DNA of 32,000 bases from Buchnera aphidicola (Therioaphis trifolii). Lineage in GTDB: Bacteria; Pseudomonadota; Gammaproteobacteria; Enterobacterales; Enterobacteriaceae. Within the stretch, counting starts at the first letter, position 1; each line of letters opens with the position of its first letter. The notes under the pieces are model-generated. The model had not been told where the DNA came from, did no database searches, and was given only the letters and a program-made list of their open reading frames with translations. The position numbers and the translations under genes are program-made. The stretch covers positions 330,001-362,000 of the forward strand of contig NZ_CP032996.1 of the NCBI RefSeq assembly GCF_005080705.1. Reading direction: 5' to 3'. Below, one piece after another: positions 8,892-17,945 of the stretch.

Positions 8892-10622
8892 ATGGCTAAT
8901 TTAATTAGAGGTTGGCCAACATTAAAAAGATTATTAAGATATGGAAAAGATCATAAAAAAATAATTATTATAGCATTTTCAATATTATTTATTGCATCTT
9001 GTTCTGAAATATTAGGACCAGTATTAATTAGTTATTTTATTAATAATATTCTTACCAAAAAAATATTAAAAAAAAAAATAATTTTAATATTCTTTTTTTT
9101 ATATCTAATTACACAAATAACTTCTATGATTTTGAATTATTTTCAAACTGTATTTTTTAATAAAATAGCAATTAAAATTATACAAAAATTAAGAATAGAA
9201 ATTATATCATCAACATTATATCAACCATTATTTTTTTTTAATGAACAACCTATTGGAAAAATCGTTTCTATTATTACAAACGATACAGAAGTAATTAAAG
9301 AATTATATGATACTGTATTAACTAATATATTTAAAAATATATCTTTAATATCAGTAACATTATTTACAATGTATATTTTAAATTGGAAAATGGCAATAAT
9401 TTCAACAATATTATTTCCATTAGTTGTAATTATTATATTTATATATCAATATTATAGTGCACCAATATTACGAAAAATAAGAATATATTTAGGTAAAATT
9501 AATCATGAATTTAATGAAGTTATTAATGGAATGTTTCTTATTCAAGAATTTTCTCAAGAAAAAAAATTTGAAAAATCTATTAAGTATACTAGTAAGTTAC
9601 ATTATGAGTCAAAAATAAAAGTTTTAAAATTAGAAGGTTTTTTATTAAGACCATTAATTAGTTTTTTTTCTTCATTAATATTATGTGGATTAATGGTATT
9701 ATTTATTTTATCACCTAATGGAAAATTAGGTATTGGTACATTATATGCATTTATTAGTTATTTAAATCGTTTAAATGAACCTTTAATTACTATAACAACA
9801 CAACAATCAATATTACAACAAGCTATAGTTGCTGGAGAAAGAATATTTAATATTATTGATTCTAAAAAACAAGAATATGGTAATGATTCAATTCAATTAA
9901 ATACAGGATCAATTAATATTTCAAATGTTAATTTTCAATATAATAAAAAATCACCTATGATATTAAATAATATTAATTTAAAAATTAATTCTAAAAATTT
10001 TATTTCTATTGTTGGAAAAACAGGAAGTGGGAAAAGTACATTAATTAATTTATTAATGGGATATTATCCTGTAACAAATGGCATAATTTATCTTGATAAT
10101 CGACCAATATCATCATTAAGTTATAAAGTATTACGTCATGGAATATGTATGGTACAACAAGAACCAATTATTTTCACTGGAACAATTAAATCTAATATTA
10201 CTTTAGGAAAAAATATTTCTAAAAAAGAAATATGGAAAGTTTTAAAAACTGTTCAATTATATTCTTTTGTTAAATCATTACCAAATCAAATGGATTTTAT
10301 ATTAAAAGAAAAGGGAAATAACTTATCAATTGGACAAAAACAATTATTATCTATAGCAAGAATTTTAATACTAAAACCAAAAATATTAATATTAGATGAA
10401 GCTACAGCAAGTATTGATTCAGAAACAGAACAATTAATTCAAAAAACATTAATTTCAATTAGAAAAAAATCAACTTTAATTATAATAGCTCATCGATTAT
10501 CAACAATTATTAAATCTGATAAAATCGTTGTATTAAAAAACGGAAATATTGTTGAAATTGGAAATCATAAAACACTTATTAAAAATAAAAAAACATATTA
10601 TAAAATGTATAATATGAAATAA
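8892..10622 (+). CDS. mdlB: ABC exporter, fused TMD-NBD half-transporter (MdlB-type)
   Basis: 576 aa. It has Walker A GKTGSGKST, signature LSIGQKQL, Walker B ILILDEATASID and H-loop IIIAHRLST. AGAGGA lies upstream of the ATG. It starts 26 nt after mdlA. Confidence 0.85.
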   Translation: MANLIRGWPTLKRLLRYGKDHKKIIIIAFSILFIASCSEILGPVLISYFINNILTKKILKKKIILIFFFLYLITQITSMILNYFQTVFFNKIAIKIIQKLRIEIISSTLYQPLFFFNEQPIGKIVSIITNDTEVIKELYDTVLTNIFKNISLISVTLFTMYILNWKMAIISTILFPLVVIIIFIYQYYSAPILRKIRIYLGKINHEFNEVINGMFLIQEFSQEKKFEKSIKYTSKLHYESKIKVLKLEGFLLRPLISFFSSLILCGLMVLFILSPNGKLGIGTLYAFISYLNRLNEPLITITTQQSILQQAIVAGERIFNIIDSKKQEYGNDSIQLNTGSINISNVNFQYNKKSPMILNNINLKINSKNFISIVGKTGSGKSTLINLLMGYYPVTNGIIYLDNRPISSLSYKVLRHGICMVQQEPIIFTGTIKSNITLGKNISKKEIWKVLKTVQLYSFVKSLPNQMDFILKEKGNNLSIGQKQLLSIARILILKPKILILDEATASIDSETEQLIQKTLISIRKKSTLIIIAHRLSTIIKSDKIVVLKNGNIVEIGNHKTLIKNKKTYYKMYNMK

Positions 10623-10635
10623 AAAATAAAATTAT

Positions 10636-10728
10636 ATTCTAGCTCGCAATACCTGTATTCACTTAATTTAGCTGCTTCTTTCCAGACCTGACTAGTTATT
10701 TAAGTTATTACAGTATTGGAGCTAGAAA
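10636..10728 (-). ncRNA. ffs: 4.5S RNA (SRP RNA)
   Basis: The reverse complement reads ..CTAGCTCCAATACTGTAATAACTTAAATAACTAGTCAGGTCTGGAAAGAAGCAGCTAAATTAAGTGAATACAGGTATTGCGAGCTAG... It contains the universal domain IV core GUCAGGUCUGGAAAGAAGCAGC (E. coli GUCAGGUCCGGAAGGAAGCAGC). The terminal helix TCTAGCTC (10638..10645) pairs with GAGCTAGA (10719..10726). It lies between mdlB and dnaX as in E. coli. The ends are approximate. Confidence 0.8.
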
Positions 10729-10829
10729 AAATAAATATAAATTCATATAACAATATAATAATACACAAAAATAATAAAAATTACAAATATTAATTTAATA
10801 TTATATATAAATATAAAAAAATAATATTT

Positions 10830-11930
10830 ATGAATTATAAAATTTTAGCAAGAAAATGGAGACCAAAATCTTTTTTAGATATTATTGGTCAAAAATATAT
10901 AGTAAAGGCAATAATAAATAGCTTTAAATTAAATAAAATTCATCAAGCTTGGATTTTTTCTGGAACTAGAGGAATAGGAAAAACAACAATTGCTAGATTA
11001 TTAGCAAAATCGTTAAATTGTAAAAATCAAAATTTAGGATTATCATGTAATAATTGCAATAATTGTAAAGATATTGAAAAATTATGTTTTCCAGATTTAT
11101 TAGAAATAGATGCTGCATCAAAAACAAAAGTAGAAGAAATTAAAGATTTACTAGATACAATAAAATACGCTCCAATAAGAGGAAAATATAAAATATATCT
11201 TATTGATGAAGTACACATGTTATCTAAACATAGTTTTAATGCATTATTAAAAATTTTAGAAGAACCACCACAATATGTAAAATTTATTTTAATTACTACA
11301 GAAATTAACAAATTACCTGATAGTATTATTTCAAGATGTATATTTTTTAATTTACAATCCATAAATTATTCAAAAATTCAAAATTATTTAAAAAATATCT
11401 TAAAATTAGAAAAAATTAATTTTGAAGAAAAAGCATTACAGATTATTGCTGAATATGCTAATGGTAGTATAAGAGATGCATTAAATTTAACTGAACAGGC
11501 AATATTATTAAGTAATTCAAATATAAAAAAAAAATATGTATTAAAAATGTTTGGAATGATTAATAAAAATCATATATTAAAAATAATAATATTAATTTTA
11601 AAAAAAAACACTATTGAATTAATTGATCATTTAAAATTAATTTATAATTCTAATATAGAATTAGAACAAATATTAATTGAAATGTTAAAAATATTTCATA
11701 ATATTATTATATTTAAAAAAATACCTTATAATAATATTAAAAAATTATCAAAATATCAAAAAAAAATATTAAAATTATCAAAATTAATACATTATCAAGA
11801 ATTACAAATATTTTATAAAATTATATTAAATGGAAAAAAAAATTTATATTTTTTTCCTAATACAAGAATAGGAATTGATCTTATTTTATTAGATATGTTA
11901 CATTCTATAAAAAATAAATTTATTTTATAA
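10830..11930 (+). CDS. dnaX: DNA polymerase III clamp-loader subunit, short gamma-like form (domains I-III only)
   Basis: 366 aa. It has MNYKILARKWRPKSF, Walker A GTRGIGKTT, the Cys cluster CNNCNNC, IDAASKTKVEEIKDLLD, YLIDEVHMLSKHSFNALLKILEEPP and the SRC motif ISRC. The C-terminal half is very divergent. Confidence 0.92.
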   Translation: MNYKILARKWRPKSFLDIIGQKYIVKAIINSFKLNKIHQAWIFSGTRGIGKTTIARLLAKSLNCKNQNLGLSCNNCNNCKDIEKLCFPDLLEIDAASKTKVEEIKDLLDTIKYAPIRGKYKIYLIDEVHMLSKHSFNALLKILEEPPQYVKFILITTEINKLPDSIISRCIFFNLQSINYSKIQNYLKNILKLEKINFEEKALQIIAEYANGSIRDALNLTEQAILLSNSNIKKKYVLKMFGMINKNHILKIIILILKKNTIELIDHLKLIYNSNIELEQILIEMLKIFHNIIIFKKIPYNNIKKLSKYQKKILKLSKLIHYQELQIFYKIILNGKKNLYFFPNTRIGIDLILLDMLHSIKNKFIL

Positions 11931-12024
11931 TTAAAATATAATAAAATAATTAAAAAATTTTTAATAAAATTAATATCATTATTTATATTTATATTAAAAT
12001 AATTTTTTAAAAGGATTATTAATT

Positions 12025-12357
12025 ATGTTTGATAAAAATAATATTGGAAATTTAATGCAACATGCACAAAAAATGCAAGAAAAAATTAATAAAATACAAA
12101 AATCATTAGATAATTTACAAGTTCAAGGAGAATCAGGAGCAGGATTAGTAAAAATTATAATGAATGGAAAACATAATTGTATTAAAATACATATTGATAC
12201 AAGTTTAATAAAAAAAAAAGAAAAAGAAATACTTGAAGATTTAATAGTAGCAGCATTTAATGATGCAAATAGAAAAATTGATGAAGAAAAAAAAAATAAA
12301 ATATCTAATATTACTCCTGGAATGCCTTTTTCTAATAATATTAACTCATTAGTATAA
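12025..12357 (+). CDS. ybaB: nucleoid-associated protein YbaB/EbfC
   Basis: 110 aa. MFDKNNIGNLMQHAQKMQEKI..GESGAGLVKIIMNGKHNC..LEDLIVAAFNDA closely matches recalled E. coli YbaB. It lies downstream of dnaX as in E. coli. Confidence 0.9.
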   Translation: MFDKNNIGNLMQHAQKMQEKINKIQKSLDNLQVQGESGAGLVKIIMNGKHNCIKIHIDTSLIKKKEKEILEDLIVAAFNDANRKIDEEKKNKISNITPGMPFSNNINSLV

Positions 12358-12425
12358 ATTTAATTTTATTAATAAAAAAGAAACTATAATTTAAATAATA
12401 AAATATTTTATAATGGAAATTATAT

Positions 12426-14300
12426 ATGAATATAAATAAAAAAGAAAAATACGAATTTCAATCTGAAACAAAACAATTATTAAATTTAATGATACATTCT
12501 TTATATTCTAATAAAGAAATATTTATTAGAGAATTAATTTCTAATGCTTCTGATGCAATTGATAAAATGAGATTTAAACTATTATCACAAAAAATAAATA
12601 ACAAAAACTATAAAATGAGAATTAGAATAATTATAAATAAAGAGGAAAGAAAAATTATTATTTCTGATAATGGTATTGGAATGAAAAAAAATGAAATAAT
12701 TAATAATTTAGGAGTTATTGCAAGTTCTGGAACAAGACGTTTTTTAGAATCATTACCTAATAATAACATTAATAATAATCAATTAATTGGAAAATTTGGT
12801 GTTGGATTTTATTCTGCATTCATTGTATCTGATAAAGTAATTGTAAAAACAAAGCATATTGATGAAATTAATGAAAATAATGGAATTATGTGGGAATCTT
12901 CAGGTAAAGGTAATTATTTTATTAAAAAAATTAATAAAATTAAAAATGGAACAGATGTTGAATTATATTTAAAAAAAGAAGAAAATCAATTTTTAGAAGA
13001 ATGGAAATTACGTGAAATTATTAATAAATATTCGGATCATATTTCTATTCCAATTGAAATTCAAGAATATGATAAAATTAAAAAAAATCAATCTTGGAAA
13101 CAAATTAATAAAGCAAAAGCATTATGGACATTAAATAAATCTGAAATTAAAGAACATGAATATAAAGAATTTTATCAAAATATTACAAAAGATATAAATG
13201 AACCATTAACTTGGATACATAATAAAGTTGAAGGAATACATGAGTATATTAGTTTATTATATATTCCAAGTAAATTAACATGGAATATTCTTGATCAGGA
13301 AAATAAAAAAAATGGATTAAAATTGTATGTTAAAAAAATTTATATTATGGATGATGCTAATCAATTTTTACCTAATTATTTAAGATTTATAAAAGGTATT
13401 TTAGATACAGATAATTTACCATTAAATATTTCTAGAGAAATTTTACAAGAAAACCATATTACTACAGTTTTAAAAACATCATTAACAAAAAAAGTATTAA
13501 AATTAATTCATTTATTATCTTTAGAAAAAAATGAAAAATATAAAATTTTTTGGAAGGAATTTGGATTAATTTTTAAAGAGGGAATCGTAGAAGATATAAA
13601 AAATCAAGAAAGAATTGCTAGTTTATTGAGATTTACTTCTATTAAAAATAATTCTAAAGAGCAAACATTATCTTTAGATCAATATATTAATAATATGCAT
13701 GAAAAACAAAATAAAATATATTTTCTTATTGCAGATAATTATAATACAGCAATTACTAGTCCTCATTTAGAGATATTTTATAAAAATAATATAGATGTTT
13801 TACTATTATCAGATAAAATTGATGATTGGATGATGAATTATTTAATTGAATTTAAAGGAAAAAAATTTCAATCTATAAATAAAATAGATCAAAATTCTGA
13901 AAATTTATTTAATAATTCTAATAAAAATATTATAATTACTCCAGAAATTGAAAAATTTTTAAATAAAATTAAAACAATTTTAAAAGAAAAAGTTCAATCA
14001 GTACAATTAAGTACAAGATTAATTAAAAGTCCAACAATATTAATTGCAGATAAAAATAATATTAGTCCACAAATGTCAAAATTATTTATAGCAGCAGGAC
14101 AAAAAATTCCTCCAACAAAATATACTTTTGAAATTAATATTAATCATCCGTTAATTATTAAAATAATGAATATTCAAGATAATACAATTAATGATTGGAT
14201 TCACATGTTATTTAATCAAGCATTACTTTCTGAACATGGAACATTAGAAAATCCAAATGATTTTATAAAAATAATCAATAAATTATTAATAAAATATTAA
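12426..14300 (+). CDS. htpG: Hsp90-family chaperone HtpG
   Basis: 624 aa, the same length as E. coli HtpG. It has FQSETKQLLNLMIHSLYSNKEIFIRELISNASDAIDK and GKFGVGFYSAF. Confidence 0.97.
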   Translation: MNINKKEKYEFQSETKQLLNLMIHSLYSNKEIFIRELISNASDAIDKMRFKLLSQKINNKNYKMRIRIIINKEERKIIISDNGIGMKKNEIINNLGVIASSGTRRFLESLPNNNINNNQLIGKFGVGFYSAFIVSDKVIVKTKHIDEINENNGIMWESSGKGNYFIKKINKIKNGTDVELYLKKEENQFLEEWKLREIINKYSDHISIPIEIQEYDKIKKNQSWKQINKAKALWTLNKSEIKEHEYKEFYQNITKDINEPLTWIHNKVEGIHEYISLLYIPSKLTWNILDQENKKNGLKLYVKKIYIMDDANQFLPNYLRFIKGILDTDNLPLNISREILQENHITTVLKTSLTKKVLKLIHLLSLEKNEKYKIFWKEFGLIFKEGIVEDIKNQERIASLLRFTSIKNNSKEQTLSLDQYINNMHEKQNKIYFLIADNYNTAITSPHLEIFYKNNIDVLLLSDKIDDWMMNYLIEFKGKKFQSINKIDQNSENLFNNSNKNIIITPEIEKFLNKIKTILKEKVQSVQLSTRLIKSPTILIADKNNISPQMSKLFIAAGQKIPPTKYTFEININHPLIIKIMNIQDNTINDWIHMLFNQALLSEHGTLENPNDFIKIINKLLIKY

Positions 14301-14301
14301 T

Positions 14302-14949
14302 ATGAAAATTATATTATTTGGACCTCCAGGATCAGGAAAAGGAACTCAAGCTAATTTAATTATGAATACATACCATATACCTAAAATATCTGTTGGAGAC
14401 ATATTAAGAAATATTATTTCAAAAAAAAATAAATTTAGTAATATAATTAAAAAAAAAATAGACAATGGAATATTAATTGACGATCATATTATTATTAACT
14501 TAATAAAAAAAGAAATTAAAAATAAAAATTGTATAAATGGTTTTATATTAGATGGATTCCCAAGAACTATTTTACAAGCTAAAGAAATGGAAAAAAATAA
14601 TATTTTTATTAATTATATTATTGAATTAAAAGCTTCAAAAGAAATTATTTATGATCGTATTTTAGGAAGAAGAATTCATCTTAATTCTGGAAGAATTTAT
14701 CATATTAAATATAATCCTCCAAAAATTCCAGAAAAAGATGATTTAACGCAAGAAAAATTAATTATTAGAAAAGATGATAATATAAATACTATAAATAAAA
14801 GATTATTAGAATATAAAAAAATAAAAAATAAAATTTTACAATTTTATCAAAAAAAAATAAAAAATAAATATATAAAATATATTAAAATTAATTCTCAAAA
14901 TAATATTAAAGATATTTTTATAAAAATAAAAAAAATATTAAATAAATAA
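14302..14949 (+). CDS. adk: adenylate kinase
   Basis: 215 aa. It has MKIILFGPPGSGKGTQA, LDGFPRT and GRRIHLNSGRIYHIKYNPPK. The ATG lies 1 nt after the htpG stop. Confidence 0.95.
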   Translation: MKIILFGPPGSGKGTQANLIMNTYHIPKISVGDILRNIISKKNKFSNIIKKKIDNGILIDDHIIINLIKKEIKNKNCINGFILDGFPRTILQAKEMEKNNIFINYIIELKASKEIIYDRILGRRIHLNSGRIYHIKYNPPKIPEKDDLTQEKLIIRKDDNINTINKRLLEYKKIKNKILQFYQKKIKNKYIKYIKINSQNNIKDIFIKIKKILNK

Positions 14950-14984
14950 ATATTTCAAAACTTAAAATATTATATTTTAAATAT

Positions 14985-15058
14985 TACGCTCTATAGGATT
15001 CGAACCTATGACCTACGGCTTAGAAGGCCGTTGCTCTATCCAACTGAGCTAAGAGCGC
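14985..15058 (-). tRNA. argU: tRNA-Arg (anticodon UCU)
   Basis: The reverse complement is GCGCTCTTAGCTCAGTTGGATAGAGCAACGGCCTTCTAAGCCGTAGGTCATAGGTTCGAATCCTATAGAGCGTA. It folds as a cloverleaf: 7-bp acceptor stem, D stem GCTC/GAGC, anticodon stem ACGGC/GCCGT, loop CTTCTAA, T stem ATAGG/CCTAT. It is nearly identical to recalled E. coli argU. No CCA is encoded. Confidence 0.93.
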
Positions 15059-15145
15059 TTAAAAATAAAAATATTTAAAACATATAATTAATATTATTAT
15101 ACTATAATAATATATTAAAATCTATATTTTAAATAATAAAAAAAT

Positions 15146-16018
15146 ATGAATATATCAAATAAAATTATTAATGGAAAAGAAATTGCAGAGACAATAATTC
15201 AAAAAATTAAAAAAACAGTTCAACATGAAACAAGATTTAGAAAAAGACCACCAGGATTAGCAGTAATTTGGACTTCAAATAATTTATCTTCAAAACTATA
15301 TGTACAAAAAAAAAAAATTGCTTGTAATCAAGTAGGATTTTTTTCTGAAGAATGGAATTTAAAAAATAATATTACAGAAATAGAAATTATTAATTTAATT
15401 AAAAAATTAAATTTAAATCATAAAATTGATGGAATTTTAGTACAACTTCCATTACCAAAAAATATTAATACCATGAAAATTATTGAATCAATTAATCCTA
15501 AAAAAGATGTAGATGGATTTCATCCATATAATATAGGATGCTTATGTCAAAAAAAACCAAAACTAAGACCTTGTACACCTCGGGGAATTATTACATTATT
15601 AAAACAATATAATATTAATTTATATGGAATAAATGCTACAATAATAGGAGCATCTAATATTGTTGGAAGACCTATGGGATTAGAATTATTATTATCGGGT
15701 TGCACAACAACTATTACTCATAGATTTACTATTAATATAAAAGAACATATTAAAAAATCTAATTTAATTATTGTTGCAGTTGGAAAACCTAATTTTTTAG
15801 ATGATAAATATATTAAATCAAAACCTATTATTATAGATGTAGGAATAAACAGATTACCATATAAAAATAAAATAATAGGAGATGTAAACTTTAAAAAAGT
15901 ATTACCAAAAGTATCTTATATTACTCCAGTTCCAGGAGGAGTAGGACCTATGACTGTTGCTACTTTATTAAAAAATACATTAGAAGCATATCAAGAAAAA
16001 TATCAATATAATATTTAA
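15146..16018 (+). CDS. folD: bifunctional methylenetetrahydrofolate dehydrogenase/methenyl-THF cyclohydrolase
   Basis: 290 aa. It has [38 protein letters not shown] and [13 protein letters not shown]. Confidence 0.93.
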   Translation: MNISNKIINGKEIAETIIQKIKKTVQHETRFRKRPPGLAVIWTSNNLSSKLYVQKKKIACNQVGFFSEEWNLKNNITEIEIINLIKKLNLNHKIDGILVQLPLPKNINTMKIIESINPKKDVDGFHPYNIGCLCQKKPKLRPCTPRGIITLLKQYNINLYGINATIIGASNIVGRPMGLELLLSGCTTTITHRFTINIKEHIKKSNLIIVAVGKPNFLDDKYIKSKPIIIDVGINRLPYKNKIIGDVNFKKVLPKVSYITPVPGGVGPMTVATLLKNTLEAYQEKYQYNI

Positions 16019-16046
16019 AAAAAATATATTTATATATTAAAAAATA

Positions 16047-17282
16047 CTATTTTTTTAAAAAAAAATTAGGATCTTGATTTAATAAACCAATTATATTTGC
16101 TAAATATTTTAATTGATATATTAATTGTATGGCTATTTTTTTTTTATCTTTATTAAATAAATTTTTAATTTTTTTTAATAAAGAAAATAAAATTGATATT
16201 GCCTGGGGGGTATTAAAATCATCATGAAGAGCATTAAAAAAATTTGTACAAAAATACTGATATTTAATATAAAATTTTTTATTTAATATAACATTATTAT
16301 CTATCTTATTAATAATAATATATAATTTTCTTAATGATTGATAAGCGCTATTTAAATTTTTTATATTATACAATAACGGTTTACGATAATGCGTTAATAA
16401 AAAAAAATATCGTATTACTTCTGAATTATATAATTTTAATAAATTTTTTAAAAATACAGTATTTTTTAAAGATTTAGACATTTTTTTATTATTAACTAAT
16501 AATGAACCAACATGAATCCAATATTTACCATAATTTTTAACATTATAAAAACACATAGATTGTGCTCTTTCATTTTCATGATGAGGAAATAATAAATCTA
16601 CACCGCCTCCATGAATATCAACATTTTTTCCAAAAAAATTATGATTGATAGCAGAACATTCTATATGCCATCCAGGTCTTCCAATACCCCAAGGAGAATT
16701 CCAATTTGGAAGATCTAATTGATCTAATTTTTTCCATAAAACAAAATCATTTTTACAAATTTTATTATTATAATCAATAAAATTTTTAAATTTTAATTTA
16801 TTAATTTTTTGTTTAGAAAGTTCACCATAATTTTTACAATGAGAAATTGAAAAAACTACATCTCCATTTTTAGAAATATAAGCGTAATTTTTATTTATTA
16901 ATTTATTAATTATAGAAATAATATCTTGAATATGATTAGTAACTTTAGGTTGAAAGTCTGGATTAATTAAACCTAAATTCAAAAAATCTTGATTCATAGA
17001 TTTAATCATTCGATTAGTTAATAAATCAATATTTTCATTATTTAATTTAGCTGATTTAATAATTTTATCATCAATATCAGTAATATTACGGATATATTGT
17101 ACTTTATATTTACAATATCTTAAATATTTAATAATCATATCAAAAATAGTAAATGTTCTAGCATGACCAATATGACAATGATCATAAACAGTAATTCCAC
17201 AAACATAAATATTAATTATTTTTTCACAAATTGGAATAAATATTTCTTTTTTTTTTGTTAAAGTATTAAAAATTTTTAACAT
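16047..17282 (-). CDS. cysS: cysteine--tRNA ligase (C-terminally shortened)
   Basis: 411 aa. It has MLKIFNTLTKKKE, YVCGITVYDHCHIGHARTF (HIGH motif), RPGWHIECSA, FPHHENE and the KMSKS motif. The ORF ends at ..LLNQDPNFFLKK. That aligns ~50 residues before the end of the 461-aa E. coli enzyme. Confidence 0.95.
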   Translation of the reverse strand: MLKIFNTLTKKKEIFIPICEKIINIYVCGITVYDHCHIGHARTFTIFDMIIKYLRYCKYKVQYIRNITDIDDKIIKSAKLNNENIDLLTNRMIKSMNQDFLNLGLINPDFQPKVTNHIQDIISIINKLINKNYAYISKNGDVVFSISHCKNYGELSKQKINKLKFKNFIDYNNKICKNDFVLWKKLDQLDLPNWNSPWGIGRPGWHIECSAINHNFFGKNVDIHGGGVDLLFPHHENERAQSMCFYNVKNYGKYWIHVGSLLVNNKKMSKSLKNTVFLKNLLKLYNSEVIRYFFLLTHYRKPLLYNIKNLNSAYQSLRKLYIIINKIDNNVILNKKFYIKYQYFCTNFFNALHDDFNTPQAISILFSLLKKIKNLFNKDKKKIAIQLIYQLKYLANIIGLLNQDPNFFLKK

Positions 17283-17364
17283 TATTAACTCTTAAATAAA
17301 ATACTTTAAATTTAAAAATAAATAAAATTAATATAAAATATTAAATTATATTATTAATGATATT

Positions 17365-17406
17365 TTCACCACAGAACAATAATAAAAATATTTTCACTGT
17401 GGCGAA
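17365..17406 (-). terminator. inverted repeat downstream of cspE (candidate terminator or stabiliser hairpin)
   Basis: TTCACCACAG (17365..17374) pairs with CTGTGGCGAA (17397..17406): a 10-bp stem with a 22-nt AT loop. The single A/C mismatch on the plus strand becomes a G.U pair in the minus-strand transcript. It lies 46 nt after the cspE stop. No U-tract directly follows. Confidence 0.3.
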
Positions 17407-17451
17407 TATGTCATATTAATAAATATACATTAAAATTAAAAAATATAACAA

Positions 17452-17661
17452 TTATAAACTAACAACATTAGCCGCTGATGGTCCTTTCGCTCCTTCAGTA
17501 ATTTCAAATTCAACACTTTGTCCTTCTGACAAAGTCTTAAATCCATTACTTTGAATAGCAGAAAAATGTACAAACACATCTTTACTGCCATCTTCTGGAG
17601 TAATGAAACCAAAACCTTTAGATTCATTAAACCATTTCACATTACCCTTAATCTTAGACAT
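17452..17661 (-). CDS. cspE: cold-shock-domain RNA chaperone CspE
   Basis: The 69-aa product is [69 protein letters not shown]. It differs from recalled E. coli CspE at only a handful of positions. AAGG lies ~9 nt upstream of the ATG. Confidence 0.95.
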   Translation of the reverse strand: MSKIKGNVKWFNESKGFGFITPEDGSKDVFVHFSAIQSNGFKTLSEGQSVEFEITEGAKGPSAANVVSL

Positions 17662-17945
17662 CTAAATTACCTTTTTAACCAAAAACAAATATATAAACAA
17701 AATTTAAAATGGAAATGAACACAATATAAATTATATAAAGGTCTTTAATATACCCACTAAAAAATTTTCAAAAATTACCAATTAACTACTAATGATAAAA
17801 AATAAAAAATAATTTTTATCGATTATCAAAAATATAAAAAATTAAATAATATATATAAATATTATTATTTTAATATTAAAATATATTTTTATATTTTATT
17901 TTACATAAATAAATAATATTTAATTATTAAAATATAAAAAAATTC

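Noticed and set aside
17662-17945. The longest unassigned spacer (284 bp, cspE to 5S) as a possible pseudogene or small gene.
   Set aside because: The longest ATG-initiated frame I could read is a few codons, and I recognise no protein or RNA motif. The cspE-proximal part is more plausibly the cspE 5' UTR and promoter. I cannot exclude an eroded gene remnant without alignment to relatives.
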